A DNA stretch of 64,000 bases, from positions 124,001 through 188,000 of the forward strand of contig CBFDEM010000027.1 in assembly GCA_965603825.1 (NCBI GenBank). Direction: 5' to 3'. The notes beneath the pieces are model-generated. The model saw only the letters and a program-made list of their open reading frames with translations, was not told the origin of the DNA and made no database searches. Source of the stretch: Blepharisma stoltei ATCC 30299. Taxonomy: Eukaryota > Protista > Ciliophora. Below, one piece after another: positions 1 to 11,072 of this stretch (positions are counted from its first letter, which is position 1; each line of letters begins with the position of its first letter). Made by a program: the position numbers and the translations under genes.

Positions 1-140
1 TGTTCTTTGTCAAAAATCTTTTCCTTCTTCCCTTCTAAACCCTTTATTTTCTATCTTTACCTCTATTCCTTTTACCTTCTGAAGGTCCTTTTGTTTCTAT
101 AAAATTCCTATTTTCTTTATTTTAGTTAGTCTTTTGTTAT
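1..140 (-). pseudogene. Degraded fragment homologous to the middle of the eIF4B-like gene (1395..2255)
   Basis: Bases ~20-125 (ctctattcc...ccttctgaaggtccttttgtttcta..aaaattcctattttct) align by eye with ~1775-1895, with indels; no intact frame seen. Confidence 0.5.
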
Positions 141-532
141 GAAATCATCTATTTTTCCCTTTCAAACACTGGGAGTGCAAGACTAAATCTTTCCAATTTT
201 TTCAAAAAAGGTAACTCAAGAGTCATTATGAAATAACTATTTTTAAATTTTAAATAGCTTGTCTTTATTAGTTTTTTAATGATTATTCTTCTGCGTGCTT
301 TGAGTCTTCAAATCAATACAATATATTAAATCCTGTTATTTATATCATTAACCTTAATTCTTATTCTCTATTTTTATTCGCTCTTCACTTAATTTCCGAT
401 CCCTATATTCCTCGAAGCTTTCCTTATTTCAATGTTTATCAAGTGAATACGCTTCACGTAGTCTCGTTTCAGTTTCTATATACTCTTCAAACGCCACATT
501 ATTTCAGTACTTTCCACTATCAAGTATATAAT

Positions 533-907
533 CTAATTTGTTAATATTATGAGGGGGTTCAATAGTTCAGGCTTGCTCATTAAATCGTATTTTTTAGAAA
601 TATTAAGCGAAAAATCAATATGTTTTAGAAAAATTGGGATAGTTATAGAGCGATAGCATAATATACATGCACAGAATCTTCAAAAGATAGGATAAAAAAA
701 ATCAGGAACAGGAATATAATAAGCAACAGCAACTGAGCTAAAAGCACCAATATATTGAGCTTTTTTACAGAATGATCTAAGAGCAAGACCTTCTGCTTTT
801 TCATTTTGGCTTATGGCACTTATTTTGACTCTTTTAAGAGCTTGAATGTGAATAAAGTATTCTTTTTGTTTTTTAATCCCAAAGAAAATAGCTTTAATTG
901 CTCTCAT
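533..907 (-). CDS. Small hypothetical protein, paralog A (124 aa with TGA=Trp); possibly decayed
   Basis: Track ORF 680..907 ends in TGA; read-through reaches TAG at 533-535. Shares MRA(I/L)K, AYYI and LCYR blocks with 985..1362, and LCYR lies downstream of the TGA in both copies. Confidence 0.4.
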
Positions 908-984
908 TTATTGAATTACTAATATTAAATTTTAAATAATTAATCTATATTAGGCTGTCTGACTCTGATTTCCCTCTACTTCCT

Positions 985-1362
985 TTATGGCTGCCTTGAA
1001 ACTCCATATAAGGTATTTTCATGTAGCTTTTGCTTGATTAAATCAGCGAAATTTTCAAAAACTTGATTTTGTATGAAAAATCGCAAATGTAAAAAAATTA
1101 GGCATGAAAGAACTATAGGGCGATAGCACAACAAAAATAATCAGGATCTTAAGAGGATAGGAGAGAAATAATCAGAAATAGAAATATAATAAGCAGTAGC
1201 TATTGAAATAGAAGCCAATAACTTAGCCATAATATAGTATAATTTATGAGTTTTACTTCTTTTTGATTTAGTAGACCTTTTTTGGATATATATTAAGAGC
1301 TTGGATGTAGATAACTGGACCTTTACCTTTGGTCTAAAATAGATAACTTTGAGAGCTCTCAT
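985..1362 (-). CDS. Small hypothetical protein, paralog B (125 aa with TGA=Trp)
   Basis: Track ORF 1141..1362 extended through TGA to TAA at 985-987; homologous to 533..907. Confidence 0.4.
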
Positions 1363-1394
1363 TTATGAAATTGCTGATATTAAATTCTAAATAA

Positions 1395-2255
1395 TTAATC
1401 TTTATTAGGCCTTCTGCCTCTGAATTTTCCTCTACCTCTTGGTTTTTCGTCTCCTCTATGCTCATAGGGTGCATGCTTTTTCACCTCAGGAGGTTGAGCT
1501 TGTGAAGGCTTCGCCAATATTGAAGCGGCTTCAGTTGGGTCACCCCAAGCCCTAGGCTTTACGACTCTTTCTTTTACAACTTTTGGTTCTTCTGCTTTCT
1601 TTATTTCAACTTCCTTAGCAGGCTCTGTAATTTCAGCGCTTTCTCCCCACACATCATCTATATTTTCCTCTTTTTTTTCTTCTTTCTTTTCCTCTTCTTG
1701 CTGTCTAAACTGTCCTTTTCCTCTAGGTGCATAAGGCTTTTTCCCTCTATACCCTCCTCTTCTTTGCTCTTTATCTACATCTTTTCCTTCTTCTCTTCTG
1801 AACCCTTCTCTTGGTTTTCTATCTTTTCCTCTATTCCCTCTGCCTTCTGACGGTCCTTTTGTTTCTACTAAAATTCCTATTTTTCTTCCTTTTAGCTCAG
1901 TCTCGTTTTTCTCTACAATTTTTTTTGCAATTTCAGCATCCCATGCGTTAACATATGCAACTCCTTTGAATTTTTCTTCAAAATGAATCATTTTAATGCT
2001 AGCTTTTTTTGAGGACAAGTCTTCGTCAGTTAGTCCGAAAAAGCCTTGGATATCTGAGGCTTTGTCACATGAGAAAGGAATATTTATGAGCTTAAAATAG
2101 AAAGGAGGCTCTTTACTTTGAATATAAGCAGAAAGATCTTGTCGTGGACGAGGCTCTTTTGGGGCTGGATGAGCTTTAGGGGCTGCAGGAACTTCGGTGT
2201 CTGAGCCCTGTTCTTCATCACTTTGATCAGCCCAGTTAGCTTTTTTGGCCTCCAT
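1395..2255 (-). CDS. RRM-containing RNA-binding protein, eIF4B/eIF4H-like
   Basis: N-terminal NWAD-acidic motif, RNP2-like FKLINIPF, RNP1-like KFKGVAYV, RG/RGG-rich charged tail. Confidence 0.6.
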   Translation of the reverse strand: MEAKKANWADQSDEEQGSDTEVPAAPKAHPAPKEPRPRQDLSAYIQSKEPPFYFKLINIPFSCDKASDIQGFFGLTDEDLSSKKASIKMIHFEEKFKGVAYVNAWDAEIAKKIVEKNETELKGRKIGILVETKGPSEGRGNRGKDRKPREGFRREEGKDVDKEQRRGGYRGKKPYAPRGKGQFRQQEEEKKEEKKEENIDDVWGESAEITEPAKEVEIKKAEEPKVVKERVVKPRAWGDPTEAASILAKPSQAQPPEVKKHAPYEHRGDEKPRGRGKFRGRRPNKD

Positions 2256-2392
2256 ATTATATCAACAAAAGGGCTTTTAAAGTTAGTATAATATAGATAA
2301 AATTTATAATACACATTAGTAAGGAATGTATAATTTTGGTTATATATATGATATAAATTAATTGATATATTATATTGCCATTTTAAATATAA

Positions 2393-3028
2393 ATGCCGGA
2401 TCAAAGCTTAATAAGAGCTCACGAAAAATCTCAAGAAAAATGATCTGCCCATCATGCAATCGCCCTAAATAAGAACATAAAACTCCTAATTGACTTCTGC
2501 AAATCAAAAAAACTAACTACAATTGGTATTGAACTCAACGGAAAAATCTACAACTCTGATATAAACGTCAGACTTGATCCTATAAAGAAAACAGCCACTT
2601 TTAAGTGTTTAAAAGAAATTCGCGGCACAAAATTCTCTCATGTACTTTTTACACATCCTTTCCGGGCTGAATTTTATGCAGGAAAACCTTTCGTCCCAGG
2701 TTTTGAAATTTTTGGCGGGATCGGCTTATCTGCATATGAATTGCCAATTCCTCTGTTAAAATTAGAATATCAAAAAAATAAAATTACTTATGCTTTATCT
2801 ATGTGCCGTAGATCAGGAAATATGAGCTATTGGCTTAGCATTATGAATAAAAAAGATACATCGATCAGCATTCCCTTCAGCTTCCGAAGCTGAGGGTTAA
2901 TTATGTCACTTTTTCTTGGGTGGCTGTTTTATTTTTCTTATGAGCTTCAAAATTTAAAGCCTTCCTTAATTGATCGAATTAAAAACAGCATAAAAAATTG
3001 GGATAAAAATGATGAAAAAAGCTTATAA
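2393..3028 (+). CDS. Hypothetical protein, 211 aa, with a C-terminal hydrophobic helix (absent from the ORF track)
   Basis: ATG 2393 to TAA 3026-3028, open except for two TGA read as Trp; hydrophobic stretch WGLIMSLFLGWLFYFSY. Confidence 0.7.
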
Positions 3029-3029
3029 T

Positions 3030-5321
3030 CTATTTTAAATTTAATCCTTGCTCTCTCAGCTTTCTCAGTTTTCTTTGGTCATCTTCGATTCTTTCTTTAG
3101 CTTGTTGAGCTTCATCAACTTTCCCTGCTCTAAGAAGCAGCAAGTCTTCTCTCAGCTCTGAGTCAGACGGCAATTGGACTCCTTGGGTTATAGGTAAGGG
3201 ATCAATAAATCTTGCATCCCAATATCTAACTCCATCGAAATCCATATACCCCATATAAGTTCCTTTCAGCTTGCTTACGATTCTTTTGCCTTCTTCTACG
3301 ATCATTCCATCGAAATAATCAGTAGGATTGTTGGCATCAAGCCCGATTTTAACTATACATTCCAAGTTGTTTTTCTTGTCGACAAATACCATTTTTCCGA
3401 TAATTTCGTGGCGGATGGTCATAATGAATGTATTTTGAAAAATATCACTTGGAAAATTTACTGTAATAACAGTCCCATCTTTAAAAGAAACAGTTTTCTT
3501 GCCACTGTTGGTTACCTAAATAGAGATTACGGTTACAGAGTTAAAGCCAGCATGGGCTGAATAAATTGCATTCCCATACATCATGTAGATTTTGTCAGGG
3601 CCGATGATTTGGAAGTGTGAAACTGGAGGATGATGACTTGTTTGTTCTCCGTACATGTCGGTTCCATCTTCTAACTTAACGTGAATTGTTTCACCTAGTA
3701 AAGGATTTAACTAAGTAAATGTTACTGGTTTCAGAAATGTAATTGTATACATAAAATTCGCAATATTTGATGCCACAACTAGCTTCATACGCTCAACAGG
3801 GTTTGTTGCCATCGCTGCTTTTATTAAATAAAGAGGGGAAAGTGCCATAGACCTCATAATCATCTGCAAAGCAGAGTTAGGCTGCATACACTTTATTGGG
3901 AAAGAAATAGTTGTGAGGTTAAAGTCTCCTTTGAGAAGTTTTTTCCCCATAATTTTGATCATTTCTTTTCCAGCTGACCTTAGAGTATTTAATAGCTTTT
4001 TATCAGTTAAAGCAATTCCTCCTTTATCAGCTGCATCTGCATGGCGATAATTGTCTTTTGCGGCATATGGTTTCCAGTTTTTAACAATTTTCATAAAAGG
4101 GTTTTTCGGTTTTTTCTCAACTGTCTTTTCAGGAATTGGGGAATCTTCGACTGGACCACTTTCAAAAGGAGTCAAATTTTCAGCGATTTTTTGAGGGGAA
4201 TTTGAACTGTACTCACTAGGGTTTTTATTAGGGGAGGTAACGCAGCTTAAGTCTTCATCACCTAGCAATTCAGTTTCTATATGTTTTGCTATTTCTAACA
4301 AGTTGCTGTCTTCTACGTTAATTCCTGCTTCTTTTAATGAGTCTAAAAGTATAATGCTTGTATTTAATTCTTCTGGATCTTCATCCCCTTGATGCCTCTG
4401 TACATAATTAACCCCCTTTTGCTTTTCATTAAGTCTTTTTGTATATTTCAAAAGCCTTCTTTTGAGTCTTTTGCCAACTTTTCTTGCGCATTCTACCTTG
4501 ATCTCAATAGGATCTTCAGGATCAAAATCCTCCACAATTAACCTTATTTCTTTTTCCAACCTTTCTAATACTTCTGAAAGCCATTCTCTGAGCTTATTGT
4601 TTCTTAACAAAAGTGCGTCTAATAGCTGCTCTGTGCATATAAGCTCAATGCTTTCTTCTGCCACAATTTCATAGTCGGACTCCACATTCTTGTCTACTAC
4701 AATTACATCTTCTTCTGATTCGCCGCTTCCTGGGTCAATCTTTTCGACATCCCCTATCAATATAATTCGGGCATCAGCTGAAGGCGCGCAGTCTTCTAAA
4801 GCTGCAAGTTTTTCGTCTTCAAGCCTGGCGAGTTTTTTTTCTTTACGTTTTAAGTATATTTTTGCCATACCCCTGTACATGCTTCTAGGCATATTATTTA
4901 CGCCTCGGACTGAAAAAGTCACAAAATCGATAGTCCCTGCAATGGGCTTGCATACAAGTCCTAAAATAGCTTTGCCAATGCCAGCTGTGGCTCCTTTGAT
5001 TCCATTTCGCTTGGCACCTTTATAAGGCTCAGTAACCAGCCCGAAAATGCCTCCTGCAAAACGCTTAATCATTTTCCCCGTCCCCACTGCAAGCCCTGTT
5101 GCGATGTTCCCTGGTTCATATCTTTTGGTTTTTTCTTGCAGGGGTGACTTGAACACTCTGTCAGGAGTTTCATTGACTTTCTCCCCGATTTTTTCAAGTC
5201 CACTGCAAACTTTATTCGTAAGAATAAATGGGGCTGCTGCAATTTTTCCTATCCCAAAGCAGACTTTGCAGCACTTTTGCCTTTCCTTAACTTCCTTTAC
5301 TTCTTTTTCTTCGGTAGACAT
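3030..5321 (-). CDS. Oxysterol-binding protein family (ORD) lipid-transfer protein with N-terminal VPS13/ATG2 ATG_C-like segment, 753 aa, 2 introns
   Basis: Removing introns 3711-3725 and 3516-3530 restores KPLNPLLGET and EQTSHHPP (OSBP signatures) and joins the C-terminal LPSDSELRED...AQQAKERIEDDQRKLRK. Confidence 0.9.
3516..3530 (-). other. 15-nt spliceosomal intron GTAATCTCTATTTAG
   Basis: GTA...TAG, A at position 10; removal deletes an in-frame TAG within the ORD. Confidence 0.85.
3711..3725 (-). other. 15-nt spliceosomal intron GTAACATTTACTTAG
   Basis: Removal restores the OSBP motif KP|LNPLLGET. Confidence 0.92.
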
Positions 5322-5726
5322 TTCTAAATTTTTGTTATATTAGCTGTTATAATTTGTTTAAATGGAGGTTGATCAGATTATGACTGGTAAAGGACTGATT
5401 AATAATTTGATGGACTAAACTTAAATTTAAGGACATTTAAATATAGGAGAGGATTATGAAAAGGGAAACTAAGGAAATTATTGTAGATTTTTTGGCTTAT
5501 TGTAAAATTTGTGGGCTTTTCAGGAGAATCAACGATAGTGCATGGCGATTATATAAAACGCCTCACAGGGTGGGAAAATAAAAAAGGGCTTACTGGTAGT
5601 TCTTTATTATATGAAAATGTTTAAGAGGAATTAAATAAATAATTTGGCTTTGAATTTCATAGAAAAATATTCCATATAATTTTTGAGTGTGACTATAATT
5701 TCAAACTTTTTTAAGACCTTAAAAGA

Positions 5727-7772
5727 ATGAAAAATGAAGAAGTCGATATTTCAGGTAGAGAAATCAATGGTTTTCGAGTCATAAAACCTATAGGCCAAGG
5801 GAAGTTTTCCATAGTTTACAAAGCAGAACGAATCTCTGACAATACTCCAGTTGCTCTCAAAATGATCAAAGTAATCTTAAATTAGATTTTTGATATGATG
5901 GACCCTGCGCAGCGTGACAAATGTCTTAAAGAAGTGAGACTTTTAGAATCACTTGACCATACAAATATAATCAAATACCTAGACTCCTTTATTGCAGATA
6001 ATGAACTACTCATTGCAATTGAATGAGCAGAAAAGGGAGATTTAAAAAGAATTATCAAAAGAGCACAGATTGAAGAGTCTTCTATTGAGGAAAGCAAAAT
6101 TTGAGAGTATATGTACCAAATAGCATCTGCATTAAAGCATATGCACGACAAAAGGATCATGCATCGAGATCTCAAACCGGCAAATATTTTCATTTCTGCT
6201 GATAATTCATTAAAGTTGGGAGATTTAGGGCTAGGAAGATATTTATCAAGCCAAACAATCGAAGCCTTTTCTAGGGTTGGAACGCCACTTTATATGTCCC
6301 CAGAAGTTCTTAAGGGAAATGGCTATGATTGAAAATCTGATGTATGAAGCTTAGGGTGCGTAGTATATGAGCTAGCCTGCTTGCGATCACCTTTTAAACA
6401 AGAAGACCAAAAAATGAGCTTATACGACCTTTTTAATACCATAAACAAAGGAGAGTTCCCACCTCTCCCAGATCGATATAGCGAAGAGCTTCGTCAGCTC
6501 GTTAATTCAATGATACAAATTGACCCAAAAAATAGGCTTTCTATTGACCAAATAGTAGAACTCTGTGAAATACACACAAAAACTGCTCCAAAGAGATCGA
6601 AAATTGACCCATTTTTAGTAATGGACGATATTTATGAAAAATTAAAACTCTTAGACTATGAAAATAATTTTTGTAAACTCTATAAGAGGCACCCAGTGTC
6701 AAGGGTTTATTTTTGTCATCCAATAGATTCAAAAACTCAGCTATCTTACTGCTATGATCTTGCTAACTGATTAATGTCCTTCAGCAAAGGAAAACGCAAA
6801 GGACAGCCAAATTCTCCTCTGGGCGCTGTATTAGACTTCGATTCTTTTGCTGACTCAAATGAAGTTGCAAAGCAAATTCTTTCAGACGTGAGATCTTTTG
6901 GTGCTAAAGTGCTAGAAAATATCACTTTTCAATCAATCTCCCAAGGATATGGAGAAAATGTATGCTATATAATCAATGAATTATTAAATAAAGAACTAAT
7001 TCGAAGAGACTTCAAATTTTTAACTCCTACAATAAATGGTCAAGAAATCTACATGCTTGAGTCTTATAATTCAGAAGAAAACTTTGAAGAAATTGATGCA
7101 GAGCTGACTGAAGACTATATTATGAAATATACTGAAATTGAAGATGAGGAACCGGAGAGGACGGAATCCACTAATATTTCTGATAATGTCATTAAAGAGG
7201 ATGAAATCGGGATGGGGATTGTAGAGTCTTCTGTTTCTCCTGAAGAATGAATAGCAGAGGTCAATAGAATTGAAAAATTCTTAGTTTTAGCAGAAGAAGA
7301 TATAGCTTTATATGATGAAGATTGGCAGAGCAGAATACAGCAATTTATTGAGTCACTAAAAAATGTCCAGAAGTTTGTAACTCAAGGAAATCTAAATTTC
7401 CTAGAAAAAATGACAGATAGACTAGCTGATGAAAACGGACGAATAAAAATAGGCGAAGCTAATTTACAGAAATTTTGCAGGAACGATATAGACGAACTTA
7501 AATTGCTGATGCAGAAAAAAAGAGATATGGTTGGAAAATTAAATCAAATGAGAAATAAAGTATCGCAGCAATGCGAGGAATTTGAAGTTGTAAAAGAAAA
7601 AGAAGATACCATTAATAAAGCAATTGAAAGCCAAATCACTAGTTTAAAGAATACAAATCCATTAGAAGGCATAAAAGCTGCATTAGCAAATTTAAAAGAA
7701 CAAGTCAAAATGATGACTTATGAGACCGCGCTTTCCAGGTTCCAGCTAGATCAATTTGCCTCTAAAGGCTAA
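5727..7772 (+). CDS. NEK6/7-like Ser/Thr kinase fused to an IFT57-like region, 676 aa, 1 intron, 6 TGA-Trp
   Basis: [39 protein letters not shown][W]SLG. C-terminal [14 protein letters not shown]...YF...[W][13 protein letters not shown][W]IAEV, DWQSRI and a coiled coil follow IFT57 order. TGA at 6024, 6102, 6330, 6345, 6768, 7248. Confidence 0.88.
5871..5885 (+). other. 15-nt spliceosomal intron GTAATCTTAAATTAG
   Basis: Removal gives VALKMIK|IFDMMD, typical of NEK6/7. Confidence 0.92.
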
Positions 7773-7830
7773 TTGTTTATAAAGCACCAACCTCACCAAT
7801 TTTAAATAACATTTTTTAGCCTAAATAAAT

Positions 7831-8274
7831 ATGAATCGATACTCTCAAGAACAAATTTCTCCTGAAAAAGAGCCTGTAAAGCCTCATGTTGCTGAGACTT
7901 TTACCGATACATTGCTGCCTACTGATGATGAAGTCAGGTATCTTGGGAATGCATGGAATTACTGTGGATATTTCCATAAAGAACTTAAAGACTGTGTAGA
8001 AGACGGAGTGGTCAAAGGAGACCAATATTTATTTAAAAAATGCAAAAATAAGGTGGAAGAGCTACATCACTGCTACTCGTGGAGAGAGCCAACTGAACAA
8101 GACTTGAGTGCTAATACTTTTACGAAAGAGACTCAAAAATGCTTATATCCGAGAGAACTGTTCTTGAAATGCTATTTTAAACAAGCAGAATCTTGGGAAA
8201 GCTGCCACCCAGCTTGGAGTAATCTTTATTCTTGCCAGTTTAGAAGCAATCCTAAAGCTTATACAATCTTTTAG
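7831..8274 (+). CDS. Four-CX9C protein, probable mitochondrial intermembrane-space protein (NDUFA8- or CHCHD5/Mix14-like)
   Basis: CGYFHKELKDC, CKNKVEELHHC, CLYPRELFLKC, CHPAWSNLYSC. Confidence 0.7.
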   Translation: MNRYSQEQISPEKEPVKPHVAETFTDTLLPTDDEVRYLGNAWNYCGYFHKELKDCVEDGVVKGDQYLFKKCKNKVEELHHCYSWREPTEQDLSANTFTKETQKCLYPRELFLKCYFKQAESWESCHPAWSNLYSCQFRSNPKAYTIF

Positions 8275-8715
8275 AATTAGGATAATTTAATTGTTTCTTA
8301 AATGAAAATTTATTAATTAAAATTTATGGATGATAAATTAAAAAAGTATCTTAACTGTGAAAGCTAAGGGGTAGTTTTATTTTCGTTTGGTCAAATATTT
8401 GTTGTTATTTTATACATTAAGAATGGCTAATCCAAGCATGCAATAGTGCAGTAATCATCATAAATGATAAGCAAGACCTGAAATTACTATTCAATTTATT
8501 GCTTATAATCTGATCTATATTTCTTTATTGAGATTTGGATAATACCATTTTTATCATTGAAGCACAACCTGTATTTTTCTGTTTAATTTATGATTAATTA
8601 AATCTGATAAATAATCATCTAAATCATCACTATAATTTTTCCTCAAATTTTCTTGGCTTTGTTAAAAATTTCAATGTATTTTCTTGGCTGAACTCTTTTT
8701 AATATATAGCCTATC

Positions 8716-9327
8716 ATGAGCAGAAATGTTAACACATACCCTAATCTAAAATTAACAGCAAGAAAAAAACCACACACTAGCTTGTATCAAGCAACTAAGA
8801 ATGAAGTCGAGCATGATCTTGAGTTGCTTTATTGTATGGACGACTGCTCGCAAACTACTACTGCTTCTCATGAATTTGAGAGGAAAAAGATCCCAAATAA
8901 AAAGACAAAAAAGCACTTCAGACACAAGAAAATTGATGAAAACTCTGCTGTTCAAGGGCTGAGCTTGCTACTAGATAGCAAGGAGCCCATGAAAAAGAGC
9001 GACACAGTAATAAAAATCGCAATCCCGAAAAAAAAGCACATAGAAATGATTAAGTTACCTATTCCACCCCAAATGCAGCCTGATTTTATCGCTTACAGAA
9101 AGGAAATATTAAATTGTTTTGCAAATAATTTTTGAAGAGAAATCGGATTTCCTCAGAAGTATCTTAGTAAATTCTATGAATCTACCAAAATTATTCCTTC
9201 AGAAAGAGATAATTTAATCTGCCCTAAGGGAAAAGGGTCAATGCATACTGCTCTTGCACACATGATTTCACAAGAAAAAGCAAAGATAAAACTTCCTCAA
9301 CTGCAAATTCTTAATAATCTAGCTTAA
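8716..9327 (+). CDS. Hypothetical basic protein, 203 aa
   Basis: Track ORF extended through TGA 9133-9135 to TAA 9325-9327. Confidence 0.65.
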
Positions 9328-9559
9328 AATAAGCTAAAAATGTTTTAAAATAATTTAATCTATGAAAAATCATTTATTGTGGTGCACCCATATACATTTT
9401 TATTTATTCATCTTTCATTTATTCCATTTTCTTAAAAACCAGCATTAAAAATATGGTTTTTTAATGGCAGCTAAATAATTTGTTTCAAAATAAATTTTAC
9501 TCTCAATAAATTAGAGATAAATAGTTTGCGAAACGCTGATTATAGTTAAATAAATTGAT

Positions 9560-11047
9560 TTATAAATTTGGAAATAGTCTTGCATATTTATCTTCATGCC
9601 GCTCTTGGTACTCTAGTAAAGCATCTGTTTTTGTTATAATCAGACTTAGCTTCTGCTTAAACTCATATAACTCCAAACTTATCAATTTTAACTCTTCAGG
9701 ATCATCAGGAGCTGGCATGCCTTTATCTTCAATTCCATGATGCGTTAAATTCATCAACTTTGAGCTCACCTTTACTAGAGTTTCTTGAATTGGTCTTAAA
9801 AACTTATAAAATCCTGGGCTTATCGTAAGTTCAGATAGCTTCAACGATCTGTCAATAAATTTATACAGTTTGCACTCCTCTGGGTCATCTTTATGAATTA
9901 TCACATTATAAGCCAGCACACACGCTTCTTCTAAAACCTCAAAAAATCTTTCAAAAAACCCAGTATTCAGCAACAAAAGCAAAAATTCTGGGTTTTTGCT
10001 TAATTTAATTACAGCCGTCGCCAAAGCATCTTGAAAAAGCCCATATTTAATCACATCGTGCTCTTCTTCTCCAAAAATCCCATCACAGTATTTTTCCAAT
10101 AACACTTTTAGCCTTTCAGGCCACCTCAGCTGTACTAAATCTTCTAAATTTTGTGTCCCATTTAGGCTTTCCAACAAAAAAGTAGCCCTTTCAATGCAAG
10201 CAGTCTCAGTCAATTGGAACACCAAAGCGTTCAGAGTGCATGGCATTTCATACTTCCCATCAATAATTGTAACAGGCCTCGGCGACTCTAAATGTCCTAA
10301 TTCTTTTAAGCTAGGAATATCCTGCGCTTTTTCAGGGTGCTTAAGTATTATTTTTTTCAAAATATTTCTCGACATTTCCCTACATCTTTCCATTAGTCCA
10401 GGAAATTGCAATGCATTGATATTGACCTCATTTTCGTCAAGCATCCCTTCAAGCAACCTTAAATCTTCTGTTTTTGCTGCTTTAAATACTAAAGGTGGAC
10501 AGTTTGTGTTTGAGTTTAAAATTTCTAAACAAATCATGATTCCTTTGATATCATAAGCTTTGACGGCTGAGTATAAAACATACCACAAGTCTTCCATTTC
10601 TTCAGAATGAAGCATTATTGGGTCGTCTTTGCGGGAAGAAATGCATGAAATTTGCCTTCTTAAGATTTCTGCATCTGAAATGTCGGTAAAGTGTGGCGCG
10701 CATCTCCCAAGGTTTTCTTCAGAAATTTCTATATGTGAAGGGTAGTTTTCTCTTAATATGTTAAGGCATTCCCAGACTATTGATCCGTAGTGCATGACGT
10801 CTTCTGGAGGTGTTAAACCAGAATAAATTCTAAAAAAATTGGTTCTCATATTAAAGCATGAAAGTGGAAATGTTGTGATATCTGACCCATAAAGAGCTTG
10901 AATATGAATATACTTATTTGTTTCAATATTAATCTGTATCTCATCTTGATGCACAAGCAGATGCTGGTATATTTCATTTATCACAAAGTCATAGCGCCTT
11001 TGATTTGTAAGCGGCCGATGCACTATCAATCCTTCGAAAATTCCCAT
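9560..11047 (-). CDS. Hypothetical alpha-helical protein, 495 aa
   Basis: Long ATG-TAA ORF in AT-rich DNA; no motif recognised. Confidence 0.8.
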   Translation of the reverse strand: MGIFEGLIVHRPLTNQRRYDFVINEIYQHLLVHQDEIQINIETNKYIHIQALYGSDITTFPLSCFNMRTNFFRIYSGLTPPEDVMHYGSIVWECLNILRENYPSHIEISEENLGRCAPHFTDISDAEILRRQISCISSRKDDPIMLHSEEMEDLWYVLYSAVKAYDIKGIMICLEILNSNTNCPPLVFKAAKTEDLRLLEGMLDENEVNINALQFPGLMERCREMSRNILKKIILKHPEKAQDIPSLKELGHLESPRPVTIIDGKYEMPCTLNALVFQLTETACIERATFLLESLNGTQNLEDLVQLRWPERLKVLLEKYCDGIFGEEEHDVIKYGLFQDALATAVIKLSKNPEFLLLLLNTGFFERFFEVLEEACVLAYNVIIHKDDPEECKLYKFIDRSLKLSELTISPGFYKFLRPIQETLVKVSSKLMNLTHHGIEDKGMPAPDDPEELKLISLELYEFKQKLSLIITKTDALLEYQERHEDKYARLFPNL

Positions 11048-11072
11048 TTTAATTAATTATCATTTTGTATAT

